DNA from: Steroidobacteraceae bacterium
Lineage (GTDB): Bacteria > Pseudomonadota > Gammaproteobacteria > Steroidobacterales > Steroidobacteraceae
DNA: 64,000 nucleotides
Assembly (NCBI GenBank): GCA_049455235.1
Contig: JBMTZD010000002.1
Span: forward strand, 1,818 to 65,817
Direction of reading: 5' to 3'
Of this stretch, positions 40,013 to 49,903 are shown piece by piece. The position numbers and the translations under genes are program-made. Positions within the stretch are counted from its first letter, which is position 1, and every line of letters begins with the position of its first letter. The notes beneath the pieces are model-generated. The model made no database searches and had not been told where the DNA came from. It was given only the letters and a program-made list of their open reading frames with translations.

Positions 40013-40776
40013 GTCTTCCGCCGTGGCAGCAACGTTTCGCCGCCGAGCTCGACGCCCGCGAACCGCCAGTCACACCGGGTATGCAGGTCTACCACCACAA
40101 CGTGCGGGCGCAGTTTCGTAACGCCTTAAGGGTCTCGTTCCCCATCGTGGCAGAGCTAGTGGGCGAAGCTCGCTTTACTACTCTGGCCGAAGAATTTCGA
40201 CAAAGAAATCCCTCGCGCAGTGGCGATCTCCATCCAAGCGGCGCAAACTTCCCAATATTCCTGGCCACCACGCCTGACGCCGTCGACACAGACCATCTCG
40301 ACTTAGCTGAACTCGCCACGCTCGAGTGGGCTTGGCAATGCGCCCTGATTGCGCCAGACCAGCCCGCGATTGACGCCGCATCGCTCGCCGTGTTTCGCCC
40401 CGAGGAATGGCCGTCACTGCGACTGCAGTTACAGCCCTCGCTCACTGTGCTGCGCTCACGCAGTCCCGTGATCAGCTATTGGCAGGCGCAGCGCAAGCCC
40501 AAAGAGCGCCCGCAGAGAACGAGCGGTCCCGAGCAGGCTTGGCTCGTCGGTACACCGCGAGGTCCGGTGCTGCAAAGCTGCAACGCCGGGACGGCAGACT
40601 GGCTCGAAGCGATCGCCGCAGGCGCGAGCCTCACCGCCGCGCTAAACACGATCGATGAGCGAGCACAGAATGACTCAACCCCGACCACGGAGGTGGATGT
40701 GGCCGCGGTGTTACACGGCCTCTTTGCACACGGCGCAGTGGTACATGTCAACTTAGACGCGGCCAACCACGCATAA
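40009..40776 (+). CDS. bufC: DUF2063-family MNIO partner protein (BufC-like)
   Basis: ATGA overlap with bufB. The N-terminus QQRFAAEL...GMQVYHHNVRAQFRNALRVSFPIVAELVGEARFTTLAEEFRQRNPSRSGDL fits the DUF2063 N-terminal pattern (vYrnn....l..aL...fPv...l.G...F..la..y....p..sg.l). Confidence 0.8.
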   Translation: MSLPPWQQRFAAELDAREPPVTPGMQVYHHNVRAQFRNALRVSFPIVAELVGEARFTTLAEEFRQRNPSRSGDLHPSGANFPIFLATTPDAVDTDHLDLAELATLEWAWQCALIAPDQPAIDAASLAVFRPEEWPSLRLQLQPSLTVLRSRSPVISYWQAQRKPKERPQRTSGPEQAWLVGTPRGPVLQSCNAGTADWLEAIAAGASLTAALNTIDERAQNDSTPTTEVDVAAVLHGLFAHGAVVHVNLDAANHA

Positions 40777-40846
40777 GTGATGATCCGGCTTGGCAGTACG
40801 AGGGAAAAGACGTATTTTCTGCGGCCCTTTTCGGGAGAGTTGAGTC

Positions 40847-41503
40847 ATGTCGTTCGATGTCGCTCGTGAACAGATGATCCAGCAGCAATTGCGGACCTGG
40901 GAAGTGCTAGACCAAGGCGTGCTCGAGGTGTTCGAACGTATCCCGCGCGAGCGCTTCGTCCCCGCAGGCTACGAGTCGTTGGCCTATGCCGACATCGAAC
41001 TGCCGTTGGGTCAGGGCGATCACATGCTCGCCCCAAAGATCGCCGGACGGATCTTGCAGGCCGTCGCCATTCAGCCTGCGGACCAAGTGCTCGAGATTGG
41101 TACGGGCTCGGGTTATCTCACCGCCGGCCTCGCAGCCAGTGCGAGCAGCGTCCGTTCACTCGAAATTCGCGCCGATCTGGCGGCAAAAGCGAGCCAAAAC
41201 CTCGCGTCTGCCGGCGTGCGCAACACGACAGTTGAGCATCGTGATGCCTATGCGAATGAAGCGCTCGGCAGCACGGCCTACGATGTCATTGTGCTCACCG
41301 GATCTTTGCCGATCGCTGACGAGCGCTACGAGCGACAACTCGCGATTGGTGGCCGCCTCTTTGCTGTAATCGGCGAGGGAGCGGTGATGGAAGCAACGTT
41401 GATCGAGCGCGTCTCTGCCGACCAGTACCGCCGTACGGTCTTGTTCGAAACGAGCTTGAAGGCGCTCATCGGCGCCGCCCACCCTGCTCGCTTCACGTTC
41501 TAA
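40847..41503 (+). CDS. protein-L-isoaspartate O-methyltransferase family protein
   Basis: ERIPRERFVP plus the SAM motif VLEIGTGSGYLTA; 218 aa. Confidence 0.8.
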   Translation: MSFDVAREQMIQQQLRTWEVLDQGVLEVFERIPRERFVPAGYESLAYADIELPLGQGDHMLAPKIAGRILQAVAIQPADQVLEIGTGSGYLTAGLAASASSVRSLEIRADLAAKASQNLASAGVRNTTVEHRDAYANEALGSTAYDVIVLTGSLPIADERYERQLAIGGRLFAVIGEGAVMEATLIERVSADQYRRTVLFETSLKALIGAAHPARFTF

Positions 41504-41520
41504 ATTTTGGAGCTCAAGTC

Positions 41521-41841
41521 ATGATTCAGGAATTGTCGGTAGAAGATCTGAAAGCGCGGCTCGATGCTGGCGAGCAACCGCTCGTGATCGACGTACGCGA
41601 GGCTTGGGAGCTCGATATTTCAAAGCTGCCCTTCGCCAAGCATGTGCCGATGGCCCAGCTTCCCGATCGCGTGGGCGAATTTGATTCGGCCACCCCGATC
41701 ATCGTGATGTGTCGCTCGGGTGGACGCAGCATGCAGGTGGCCCGTTTCCTCGAGAGCCGCGGATTTCGGTCGGTCAGCAATTTAACTGGCGGAATCCTCG
41801 CTTGGGGGGAACGGATCGACCCCTCATTGCGTCCATACTGA
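41521..41841 (+). CDS. single-domain rhodanese sulfurtransferase
   Basis: Active-site loop CRSGGRS. 106 aa. Confidence 0.85.
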   Translation: MIQELSVEDLKARLDAGEQPLVIDVREAWELDISKLPFAKHVPMAQLPDRVGEFDSATPIIVMCRSGGRSMQVARFLESRGFRSVSNLTGGILAWGERIDPSLRPY

Positions 41842-41910
41842 GGCGGGTGGTGTCTGGTCAGGCACGTCGTCGACTGTTATAGTGATATATAACACCCACT
41901 GAGGATTCCT

Positions 41911-43308
41911 ATGAAGCGCGTACTCGGGCTGTCGCTCGGACTCATCATGGCCGTCTCCACGGCCGCTGCTGAAGATTTGAAGGCCGTCTATGAGCGCGCC
42001 TTGGCTAACGACCCACAAATCCGCGAAGCGGAGGCCCTGCGTCGTGCCACGCGCGAAACGAGGCCCCAAGCTTGGGCAGCCATCCTGCCCCAAATTTCAG
42101 GCAGCGCGAGCCGAACCAAAGCCGAGTCCGAGTCCGAGGGTCAGTTCCCTCAGGAAATCGTGCAAAACGGCCAAACCGTCGTTTTCAACTTCCTCTCGTC
42201 GAGCAAATCGAAGCCGGAGACGGATCGTTGGAGCCTTGATCTGCGTCAAAGCTTGATCTCGTGGGACAACTGGGTGGCGATCAAGCGCGCCGATCGTCAG
42301 GTCGCGCAAGCGGAAGCCGACTACCAAGCCGCCGAACAGCAATTGATCCTGCGAGTGTCCGAGGCGTACTTCAACGTCCTCGCCGCCCAGGACACGGTCG
42401 ATGCACAGGCCTCATCGCTGGAAGCCATTTCGCGTCAACTCGAGCAGGCTGAGAAGCGATTCGAAGTGGGCCTCATCGCCATTACCGACGTCCAAGAAGC
42501 GCGTGCAGCACGCGACAGTGCAGCGGCAGCCGTCATCGCCGCCAAGCGTCAGTTGGCCTCGACAGAAGAATTACTGCGCGAAATCACGGCCGAAAAATAT
42601 CGTGAACTCGCCAAGCCCGGCGACTCGATGCCGCTGAAGTCCCCTGAGCCGCAAGATGAGGCGCAGTGGGTCGAACGTTCGATGGAGCAAAACTTGGCGC
42701 TGGTCTCCAGTAGGCTCGCGGCCGATATCGCGCGAGACAACGTGCGCATCGCCTTTGGCGGACATCTGCCGAAGCTCGATCTCGTCGCGAGCAAGAGCAA
42801 CACGGATCAAACGAGCCCGATCAACTTCTCGAGTGGTAACGTCGGCATTCGCACCAACAACAGCGACGACACGAGCTACGCCTTGCAGGTCACCATGCCG
42901 CTCTTTAGCGGTGGCGCTGCTCAATCACGTGTCCGTCAAACCGAATATCAGTGGCAAGCAGCACGTGAACGTCTAACGCGTGTTTCTAGGCAGACGGAGC
43001 GTCAAGCTCGCGATGCCTATCTTGGCGTCAACAGTGAGATCTCGCGCGTGAACGCTCTGCGTCAGGCGCTTGAGTCGAGCCGTACCGCGTTGCAGGCAAC
43101 GGAAGCCGGTTACGAGGTTGGAACCCGTACCGCTGTTGACGTGCTCGAATCGCGTCGTGCGCTCGCACAAGCGGAAACCAACTACGCACGTAGCCGCTAC
43201 GACTACATCCTCAACGTGATGCGTCTGCGCCTCGCCTCGGGCACGCTCGATCGTGACACGCTCGAGGAAGTGAATACCTGGCTGACAGAGACCTCTCAGC
43301 CGCGCTAA
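41911..43308 (+). CDS. tolC: TolC-family outer membrane channel
   Basis: Signal peptide, then DLKAVYERALANDPQIREAEA and an internally duplicated OEP repeat architecture. 465 aa. Confidence 0.9.
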   Translation: MKRVLGLSLGLIMAVSTAAAEDLKAVYERALANDPQIREAEALRRATRETRPQAWAAILPQISGSASRTKAESESEGQFPQEIVQNGQTVVFNFLSSSKSKPETDRWSLDLRQSLISWDNWVAIKRADRQVAQAEADYQAAEQQLILRVSEAYFNVLAAQDTVDAQASSLEAISRQLEQAEKRFEVGLIAITDVQEARAARDSAAAAVIAAKRQLASTEELLREITAEKYRELAKPGDSMPLKSPEPQDEAQWVERSMEQNLALVSSRLAADIARDNVRIAFGGHLPKLDLVASKSNTDQTSPINFSSGNVGIRTNNSDDTSYALQVTMPLFSGGAAQSRVRQTEYQWQAARERLTRVSRQTERQARDAYLGVNSEISRVNALRQALESSRTALQATEAGYEVGTRTAVDVLESRRALAQAETNYARSRYDYILNVMRLRLASGTLDRDTLEEVNTWLTETSQPR

Positions 43309-44603
43309 GCGGCCGTTGACCCGAGTCGCGCTTCAACGAGCGCGAGCACGCGCTGCACCGCTCCGCGTGACGAATCTAACTGCTCAGCGGCGCGGGCGCT
43401 TTGGCGCTCGCGTTCGTTTGAATCTTGCGCGAGCAATTGCAGCTGTTGTTCCAACTCGCGTGCGTCCGCGACAATCTTTACCGCGCCCGACTCCGATAAG
43501 TTGCGAGCAACCTCTGGGCTATTGAACAACTGTGGCCCCGTGAGCGTTGCGCAACCCATCGCGAGCGGTTCGAGCAAATTGTGCCCACCGACTGCAACCC
43601 AGCTACCGCCGACGAAAGCGGCCTGCGCAAGACCATAGTGCGCGAGTAGATCACCCATCGTATCGAGCAAGATGACAGACGTTGCGCGAGGTATCGGTGT
43701 GTTAGACGAACCCGAAGGCAACTGCGACACACGACACCACGACAAGCCGGACTCGCCGATCAATCTCGCCACCGACTCGAAACGCCGCGGATGCCGAGGT
43801 GCCACGATCAAAAGAGCATCGAGGCCGGCGGAGCTCAAACGCTGCTGAGTCTCAAGCAAGGCGCTCTCCTCACCCTCATGAGTGCTCGCTGCGATCCACA
43901 CGAATCTTCCGGCAACCGGGTAGAGGCTTCGCAACCGATCTCGCTGCGTAATCGCCGTCGTCGGTGGTGAAAAATCGAATTTGAGATTACCGGCCGTCGA
44001 TACGCGTTCCGACAACACACCCAGTGATCGAAAACGCTCTGCGTCGATATCCGACTGCGCTGCGATCTGCACGTGGGTCGCCACGCTTCGACGCCACAAA
44101 TTCGAAAAGCGACGATACCGCGCCACTGATCGCTCGGACAAACGCGCACTCGCCAGCACGATCGGAATATGGCGATCGCCACACGCGATGAACAACTGCG
44201 GCCAAATTTCCGTCTCGAGGACGATCCCGATGCGCGGCCGAACGCGATCGAGAAAACGACTCACAGCACCGGGAAGATCCAAAGGCAAGAAACGCAAAGT
44301 CACTTTTGGGTCTAAAAACAATCTTTGAGCATGCGCCATGCCGGTCGGCGTGATGCAAGTAATGACGATCGAGACCTCTGGATATCGCTCACGCAGCGAA
44401 AATACCAGTGGCGCAGCGGCCTGCACTTCGCCAACCGACACCGCGTGTATCCAGATGGCGTCTCCCGCAAGCGTGGCGCCGAAGCCAAAGCGTGCCGCTA
44501 AATCAATGGGGCCGCTACGTTCGATCCGCGCTCGCCACGCAAGCTGCAGCAAAAATAGCGGGGCGAGCAACGTGATCGCGATGCGATACAAGACGAGACT
44601 CAC
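43305..44603 (-). CDS. waaA: 3-deoxy-D-manno-octulosonic acid (Kdo) transferase
   Basis: IWIHAVSVGEVQAAAPL motif. 432 aa. Stop/start overlap with kdkA. Confidence 0.9.
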   Translation of the reverse strand: MSLVLYRIAITLLAPLFLLQLAWRARIERSGPIDLAARFGFGATLAGDAIWIHAVSVGEVQAAAPLVFSLRERYPEVSIVITCITPTGMAHAQRLFLDPKVTLRFLPLDLPGAVSRFLDRVRPRIGIVLETEIWPQLFIACGDRHIPIVLASARLSERSVARYRRFSNLWRRSVATHVQIAAQSDIDAERFRSLGVLSERVSTAGNLKFDFSPPTTAITQRDRLRSLYPVAGRFVWIAASTHEGEESALLETQQRLSSAGLDALLIVAPRHPRRFESVARLIGESGLSWCRVSQLPSGSSNTPIPRATSVILLDTMGDLLAHYGLAQAAFVGGSWVAVGGHNLLEPLAMGCATLTGPQLFNSPEVARNLSESGAVKIVADARELEQQLQLLAQDSNERERQSARAAEQLDSSRGAVQRVLALVEARLGSTAA

Positions 44604-45370
44604 GTGCTGCTACCCGCTTTCAAAGTATCGCGATAACCCGAAAGCAATCGTGACCAATCCTGTTCCGCGAAGCTAACCCGAGGCAGCCTGTCGCCGACTT
44701 TAAGTATCGAACGACGCAGGCGCACGAGATTGGCATCACACCAAAGCCCGCGTTCGCGTAGGCGCCCCCGATCGAAATCGATCATCCACCAGCGCCCGTC
44801 GGCGCCGTGCAGGATGTTGTGCGCATTGAGATCGGCGTGATCGAGACCAACCAAATGAAAGCGCGCTACGAGTTGCCCGACCGAGTACCAGTCCTCGTCA
44901 CGCAGATCGCAGTCGATCATGCGCATCGCCAGCGTTCTCACATCGGCGATGCGCTCCGTGATCAGATCGCCGCGATAAAACCGGCCCACGCGCTGATAAC
45001 GCGCAGCCACCACCAACGGCACCGACAGCCCCGCCTGCCGCAAACGCCGAGTCAGATGAAACTCGACCAGCGGACGCGAGGTCGATTCACCCTGATCGAG
45101 GTAGCGATCGCCGAGCCAGCGAGCGAGCAAACCACCGCGGTGATAGTGACGCAGCGCCCAAGAGATGCCCTCGGTTTCGATGAAAAGCGTACTGCCGCGA
45201 CCGGCCGCAGAGCCTGCGATCGCGGAGCGGCTACGCCAGTATTCAGGCTCGAACCACTGCAGCGTCGCGCCTGATGCCAAATTGCTGCCACACGAGGGGT
45301 CATATAGCATCACGGCGTCGCCGGACTCGATCCGCGCCCAAGGCGGTTCCGGTGACTGACCCTCGCTCAT
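44600..45370 (-). CDS. kdkA: Kdo kinase
   Basis: Start at the internal ATG 45370 (MSEGQSPEPP). WALRHYHRGGLLARW and HADLNAHNIL kinase motifs. Confidence 0.8.
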   Translation of the reverse strand: MSEGQSPEPPWARIESGDAVMLYDPSCGSNLASGATLQWFEPEYWRSRSAIAGSAAGRGSTLFIETEGISWALRHYHRGGLLARWLGDRYLDQGESTSRPLVEFHLTRRLRQAGLSVPLVVAARYQRVGRFYRGDLITERIADVRTLAMRMIDCDLRDEDWYSVGQLVARFHLVGLDHADLNAHNILHGADGRWWMIDFDRGRLRERGLWCDANLVRLRRSILKVGDRLPRVSFAEQDWSRLLSGYRDTLKAGSST

Positions 45371-45394
45371 CGAAGCCCCCTGACGGAACATCTC

Positions 45395-46456
45395 ATGTTG
45401 AACTTTGACACGCCGCCCGCCTCCGTGTGCCTGTTGCGGCTGTCGGCCATCGGCGACACCTGCCACGTCCTGCCACTGTTACGCACCCTGCAGCGAGCCT
45501 GGCCCGATACCCGTTTCACTTGGATCATCGGTCGCGCCGAAGCACGCTTGATGAGCCTGTTGCCGGAGGTCGAGTTTATCACCGTCGACAAACGGGTCGG
45601 TTTTTCAGGGCTCACTGCCTTGCGTAAAACGCTGCAGGGGCGTCGCTTCGATCTGTTGATGCATCTGCAGCTCTCACTGCGCGCGAGCCTCGTCGCCGCC
45701 GTGGTGCCGGCTCGTCGCAAGCTCGGCTTCGATCGTGCGCGGGCACGCGAGGGTCAGTGGTTGTTCACGGATACGAAAATTACCGCACGTCACCGCGAGC
45801 ATGTCCTCGATAGTTTTATGGGGTTTGCAGACGCCTGCGGTGTCACCGAGCGTGTTTTCGAGTGGAAGTTGCCGCTGCCGGAGGACGCTCAGGACTACGC
45901 GCGTCGATGGATCCCCTCGACCGAGTCGACATCGACACGAACACTCGTGATCAGCGCCTGCTCGAGTCACACCCGCCGGAACTGGTTGCCGGAGCGCTAT
46001 GCAGCGGTGGCGCGGTATGCGATCGAGCAACAGGGTATGCGCGTGATCTTAGCTGGCGGACCTGGACCGATCGAGCGCGAGATGGCCGACGCGATACGTC
46101 AACACTGCCCCGAGGTCATCGATCTGGTCGGCAAAGATACGCTGCCACAGATGTTGGCTTTGCTAGCGCGCGCAGACGTGCTACTCGCACCGGATACGGG
46201 GCCCGCGCATATGGCCACGATGGTCGGCACACCGGTCATCGGGCTTTATGCCGCAACCAACCCCGCGCGTAGCGGGCCTTATCTCTCGCGCGAGTGGTGC
46301 ATCAATGCATTTCCAAGGGCCGCCGCAAAATTCCGGCAATCCACACCCGACGCGCTGCCCTGGCACACCAAAATCGAAGAGCCGGGCGTGATGGAGTTGA
46401 TCGAAGTCACGGAAGTCTGCAACCGTCTCGATGCCTTGCTAGCATTGCCGTCATGA
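45395..46456 (+). CDS. glycosyltransferase family 9 (LPS heptosyltransferase)
   Basis: VCLLRLSAIGDTCHVLPLLRTLQRAWPDTRFTWII is the GT9 N-terminal signature. ...LLAPDTGPAHMA is the C-terminal motif. Confidence 0.85.
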   Translation: MLNFDTPPASVCLLRLSAIGDTCHVLPLLRTLQRAWPDTRFTWIIGRAEARLMSLLPEVEFITVDKRVGFSGLTALRKTLQGRRFDLLMHLQLSLRASLVAAVVPARRKLGFDRARAREGQWLFTDTKITARHREHVLDSFMGFADACGVTERVFEWKLPLPEDAQDYARRWIPSTESTSTRTLVISACSSHTRRNWLPERYAAVARYAIEQQGMRVILAGGPGPIEREMADAIRQHCPEVIDLVGKDTLPQMLALLARADVLLAPDTGPAHMATMVGTPVIGLYAATNPARSGPYLSREWCINAFPRAAAKFRQSTPDALPWHTKIEEPGVMELIEVTEVCNRLDALLALPS

Positions 46457-46842
46457 AAGACATCCTCGTACCCATCTCGCCTGGCGAGTTGCTCGACAAG
46501 ATCACCATCCTGCGTATCAAAGCGGCGCGTATCGACGATGCCGAGAAATTGCGCAACGTCCGATTGGAACTCGATCTACTTGAGAAAACCTGGCGTGATA
46601 GCGGCTGTGCGGTACCCGAGGTGGCAGCAGACGAGGCGGAGTTGCAGCGCGTCAACGAAGCGCTCTGGGTCATCGAAGATGATATCCGTGACAAGGAGCG
46701 TGCCCGAGAATTCGACGCTAAGTTCATCGAACTCGCCCGCGCCGTTTACGTGACGAACGACCAGCGCGCCGCTGCAAAGAAGCGCATCAATATCGCGCTA
46801 GGCTCTCGCATCGTCGAAGAAAAGTCCTACAAGCCCTATTGA
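46453..46842 (+). CDS. DUF6165-like protein
   Basis: Internal ATG with ATGA overlap to the GT9 stop. MKDILVPISPGELLDKITILRIKAARI resembles the DUF6165 N-terminus as I recall it. Confidence 0.55.
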   Translation: MKDILVPISPGELLDKITILRIKAARIDDAEKLRNVRLELDLLEKTWRDSGCAVPEVAADEAELQRVNEALWVIEDDIRDKERAREFDAKFIELARAVYVTNDQRAAAKKRINIALGSRIVEEKSYKPY

Positions 46843-46855
46843 GGTTTCGCCGCGT

Positions 46856-47050
46856 TCAGCGCTGCAGCGTGTACTCAGCGCTGCAATACGGACACTTCGC
46901 CCAACCGGTCTTCTCGATCGGCAGATAAACGCGTGGATGCGAGTTCCACAGATACATCTGCGGCATCGGGCATGACAGCGGCAGATCCTGCGGGGTGACC
47001 TCGTAGCGATTCTGGGCGTTGGGCTGCAACAAGGGCTTCGGCGTGCTCAT
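46856..47050 (-). CDS. zinc-finger (zf-CHCC type) domain protein
   Basis: 64 aa from the internal ATG. LSCP...HPRVYLPIEKTGWAKCPYCSAEY matches the C..(n)HP.VyL...(n)CpYCg pattern. 8 nt downstream of glnE. Confidence 0.65.
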   Translation of the reverse strand: MSTPKPLLQPNAQNRYEVTPQDLPLSCPMPQMYLWNSHPRVYLPIEKTGWAKCPYCSAEYTLQR

Positions 47051-47057
47051 GGCGCGA

Positions 47058-49886
47058 TTATACGCCGCCACCAAAGGTCTCGTTCCACACCTGCGTGACC
47101 GCCGCGCGCTCAGCGACGAATTCGGTGTTAGCGACGACGGTCTTCTCGTCACGTAAGGAACGATGGTGAGTCCGCTCGCGGTAGGCTCGATAGGCCGAGG
47201 TCAATTGGTCGACCGTCGACTGGGGAACGAGATCGCCCGATGCCAGTGTTTCCAACTGACGAATGGTGTCGGAGAACAACAGCACCGCCTCGTGACGCTC
47301 CGCCTCGCGCAACGCCCAGTACTGCGCGAGAAATTCGATATCGGCAACACCGCCAGGATCCTGCTTGAGATCGAACTCGCCGGCTTGTGACTTGCTGAGT
47401 TCTCGTCGCATCCGCTCACGCATGTTGCGCACTTCGTCGCGCAGCGTCTCACGCTTGACGTGATGACGGAGAATCTCGAGGCGCACCGCCTCGAACCGAC
47501 TGCGCAGCGCAGGCGAACCGGCAACGGACCTCGCATGCAGCAAGGCCTGATGCTCCCAAGTCCACGCTTCCTGGCGTTGATAGTCGGCGAAGGCATTGAT
47601 CTGCGTGATGAGCATGCCACCCTTGCCACTTGGACGGAGTCGCACATCCACTTCGTAGAGGCGCCCAGCTGCCGAGTGTACGGTGAGAATGTGTACGATC
47701 CGCTGCGCGAGACGTACAAAGAAAATCTGGTTGTCGATCGGGCGATCACCGGTCGTTTCTTGCTCAATCCCAGTGGAATCGTGCAGGAAGACAAGATCCA
47801 GATCCGAGCCGTAACCGAGCTCGATCCCACCGAGCTTGCCGTAACCAATGGCACACACCTGCACCTCGCGAGGCGTTGTGGAGTCGCCCTCAAGGCAAGT
47901 CGGCACTCCGTAGGCTGCGGTCATTTGTTGCCAAGCCTGCTGCATCGCCTTTTCGATGATGAGTTCGGCGATATCGGTCAATCGATCGGAGACACGCATC
48001 AGCGGGAGCGTTCCGGAGAGATCCGCGATCGCGACGCGGAAAACCGCCGCGCGCTTGAACTGCGCCAACGCTTCGACCAGACGCTCCGGGTCGCTCGCAT
48101 CGACGCGAGCCAAGCGATCGTCGAGATCCGCTTCGAGCGCTCCTCGATCGGGCAAATCCGTCAGTGTCCGCTCATCGAGTAGCTCATCGAGCAGTAGCGG
48201 ATGCGCTGCCAATTGCGAGACGAGAAAATCACCGCCGCGACAGACCGTGACGAATCGATGGCGCGCTGCTGGGTTCTCATTGAGCAAAGCGAAATAGGCC
48301 GAACGACCACCAATCGCTTCGAGCACGCGCAGGAAGCGCCGCGACATGACGAGATGATCGTCGCCCCCCTCCAGCATTCCGAGCAACTGCGGTAACAGTG
48401 CTTGCAAGCGACGTAGCGCTGTCGAATCGAGTCGCCTGACCCAGCTACTGCTGCGAAAATCCGTCAGTAGTCGCGCCAGTTCCGAAGCCTGAACGAAGTC
48501 GCGCTGCTGCAGCAAGGCTTCCAATTGCGGGACATCGCAAGACTCATCCCACAAGGCGCCGAGCTCGTTGGCAACCTCGCGAGTCGCAATAGCCTCATCG
48601 CGCTCCTGAACCGGAGAAAACACCAAGGACTGAAATTGCCGTTGCACAAACTCAAGATGGGAGGCCAATGTTCGGCGCAGCGATACCCAGTCGGGTTCTC
48701 CCATCGCGCGCGCCAGACGTGCTTGCGATGCTTCGTCGGTGGGCAAGGTATGGGTCTGCGCATCGCGAATCATCTGCAGACGATTCTCGAGGCTACGTAG
48801 ATATCGATAAGACGTATCGAGCCCTTCGACGATCTGTGGCTGCAACAAACGACTTCGTCCAAGCCGTGGCAACACCTCAAACAGGTGCGGACTCTGTAAG
48901 CGCCGATCTTGTCCGCCACGAATCAACTGCAGCGATTGCACGATGAATTCGATCTCGCGGATCCCGCCGGGGCCGAGTTTGACGTGATCGATCAGATCTT
49001 TACGCGCGACCTGCTTCTCGATCAACTGCTTCATCTCACGCAGACTTTCAAAGACACCAAAATCAAGATAGCGCCGATAGACGAAGGGCCGGACTGCTTC
49101 TTGATAAAGCCCCTGATAAGCTGCCTCTCCCGTGATGGCGCGCGCTTTGATCCAAGCGTAACGCTCCCAGTCGCGCCCATGTTGCAGTAGGTAATCTTCG
49201 AACGCGCTGAAACCGCACGCGAGTGGACCCGAGTCCCCGAAGGGTCTCAAGCGCATGTCGACACGGAAGACGAAGCCATCCACCGTCATCGACGAGAGCA
49301 AGCGCAACAGCATCTGCCCGAGCCGAATATAGAACTCGTCATGAGTGACCGGAGCCGCGTGTTGCGTCTCGCCGTATTCGGGAAATAGAAATACGAGATC
49401 GATGTCGGAGGAAAAGTTCAGTTCGCGACCACCGAGCTTGCCCATACCGATGACGACGAGTGGCATCGGTCGACCATCCTCATAGCAAGGTGACCCGTAG
49501 CGCGCGATCATTGCTTGCATTGCATAATCGACCGCGAGTCGCACCGCGTCGTCAGCGAAAGCGGAGAGATCGGACAAGGTTTCTTCCAGCGTGGCGAGAC
49601 CTGCGAGATCGCGCCAAGCGATCCGTACCATCTCGCGGCGACGCCACAGTCGCAACCAACGCTGCGCCGTAGCCTCGTCTTCGCTCATCGGCAGTGCCAT
49701 ACCCTGCGGCCAACAACAGGCGCCTTGTGACGATCGAGCCAACTGCAGTGCGTCACTGCGTGCAAGATCAGCAACGAGATCCGCATCGCGAGCGAAGCTC
49801 TCGGCCACGAACTCGCTACACGCAAGCACGTGTGCAGCGCTCTCGCGCCACTTTGTCGGCAGGTTATCGATCCACTCGTGAGTCAT
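47058..49886 (-). CDS. glnE: bifunctional glutamine synthetase adenylyltransferase/adenylyl-removing enzyme
   Basis: Two nucleotidyltransferase modules (GKLGGRELNFSSDIDLVF and GKLGGIELGYGSDLDLVFL). Start at the internal ATG 49886 (MTHEWIDNL). Confidence 0.95.
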   Translation of the reverse strand: MTHEWIDNLPTKWRESAAHVLACSEFVAESFARDADLVADLARSDALQLARSSQGACCWPQGMALPMSEDEATAQRWLRLWRRREMVRIAWRDLAGLATLEETLSDLSAFADDAVRLAVDYAMQAMIARYGSPCYEDGRPMPLVVIGMGKLGGRELNFSSDIDLVFLFPEYGETQHAAPVTHDEFYIRLGQMLLRLLSSMTVDGFVFRVDMRLRPFGDSGPLACGFSAFEDYLLQHGRDWERYAWIKARAITGEAAYQGLYQEAVRPFVYRRYLDFGVFESLREMKQLIEKQVARKDLIDHVKLGPGGIREIEFIVQSLQLIRGGQDRRLQSPHLFEVLPRLGRSRLLQPQIVEGLDTSYRYLRSLENRLQMIRDAQTHTLPTDEASQARLARAMGEPDWVSLRRTLASHLEFVQRQFQSLVFSPVQERDEAIATREVANELGALWDESCDVPQLEALLQQRDFVQASELARLLTDFRSSSWVRRLDSTALRRLQALLPQLLGMLEGGDDHLVMSRRFLRVLEAIGGRSAYFALLNENPAARHRFVTVCRGGDFLVSQLAAHPLLLDELLDERTLTDLPDRGALEADLDDRLARVDASDPERLVEALAQFKRAAVFRVAIADLSGTLPLMRVSDRLTDIAELIIEKAMQQAWQQMTAAYGVPTCLEGDSTTPREVQVCAIGYGKLGGIELGYGSDLDLVFLHDSTGIEQETTGDRPIDNQIFFVRLAQRIVHILTVHSAAGRLYEVDVRLRPSGKGGMLITQINAFADYQRQEAWTWEHQALLHARSVAGSPALRSRFEAVRLEILRHHVKRETLRDEVRNMRERMRRELSKSQAGEFDLKQDPGGVADIEFLAQYWALREAERHEAVLLFSDTIRQLETLASGDLVPQSTVDQLTSAYRAYRERTHHRSLRDEKTVVANTEFVAERAAVTQVWNETFGGGV

Positions 49887-49903
49887 GGGCGCAGGCAGGA
49901 TAC

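Noticed and set aside
40847-43308. The pcm-like O-methyltransferase, rhodanese and TolC downstream of bufC as additional tailoring, sulfur-donor or export genes of the RiPP locus.
   Set aside because: A 70-nt gap separates them from bufC. From memory, the methyltransferase-(rhodanese)-tolC arrangement is a conserved housekeeping neighbourhood in related gammaproteobacteria. The precursor has its own Sec signal. Kept only as a low-probability idea to test by co-occurrence analysis.
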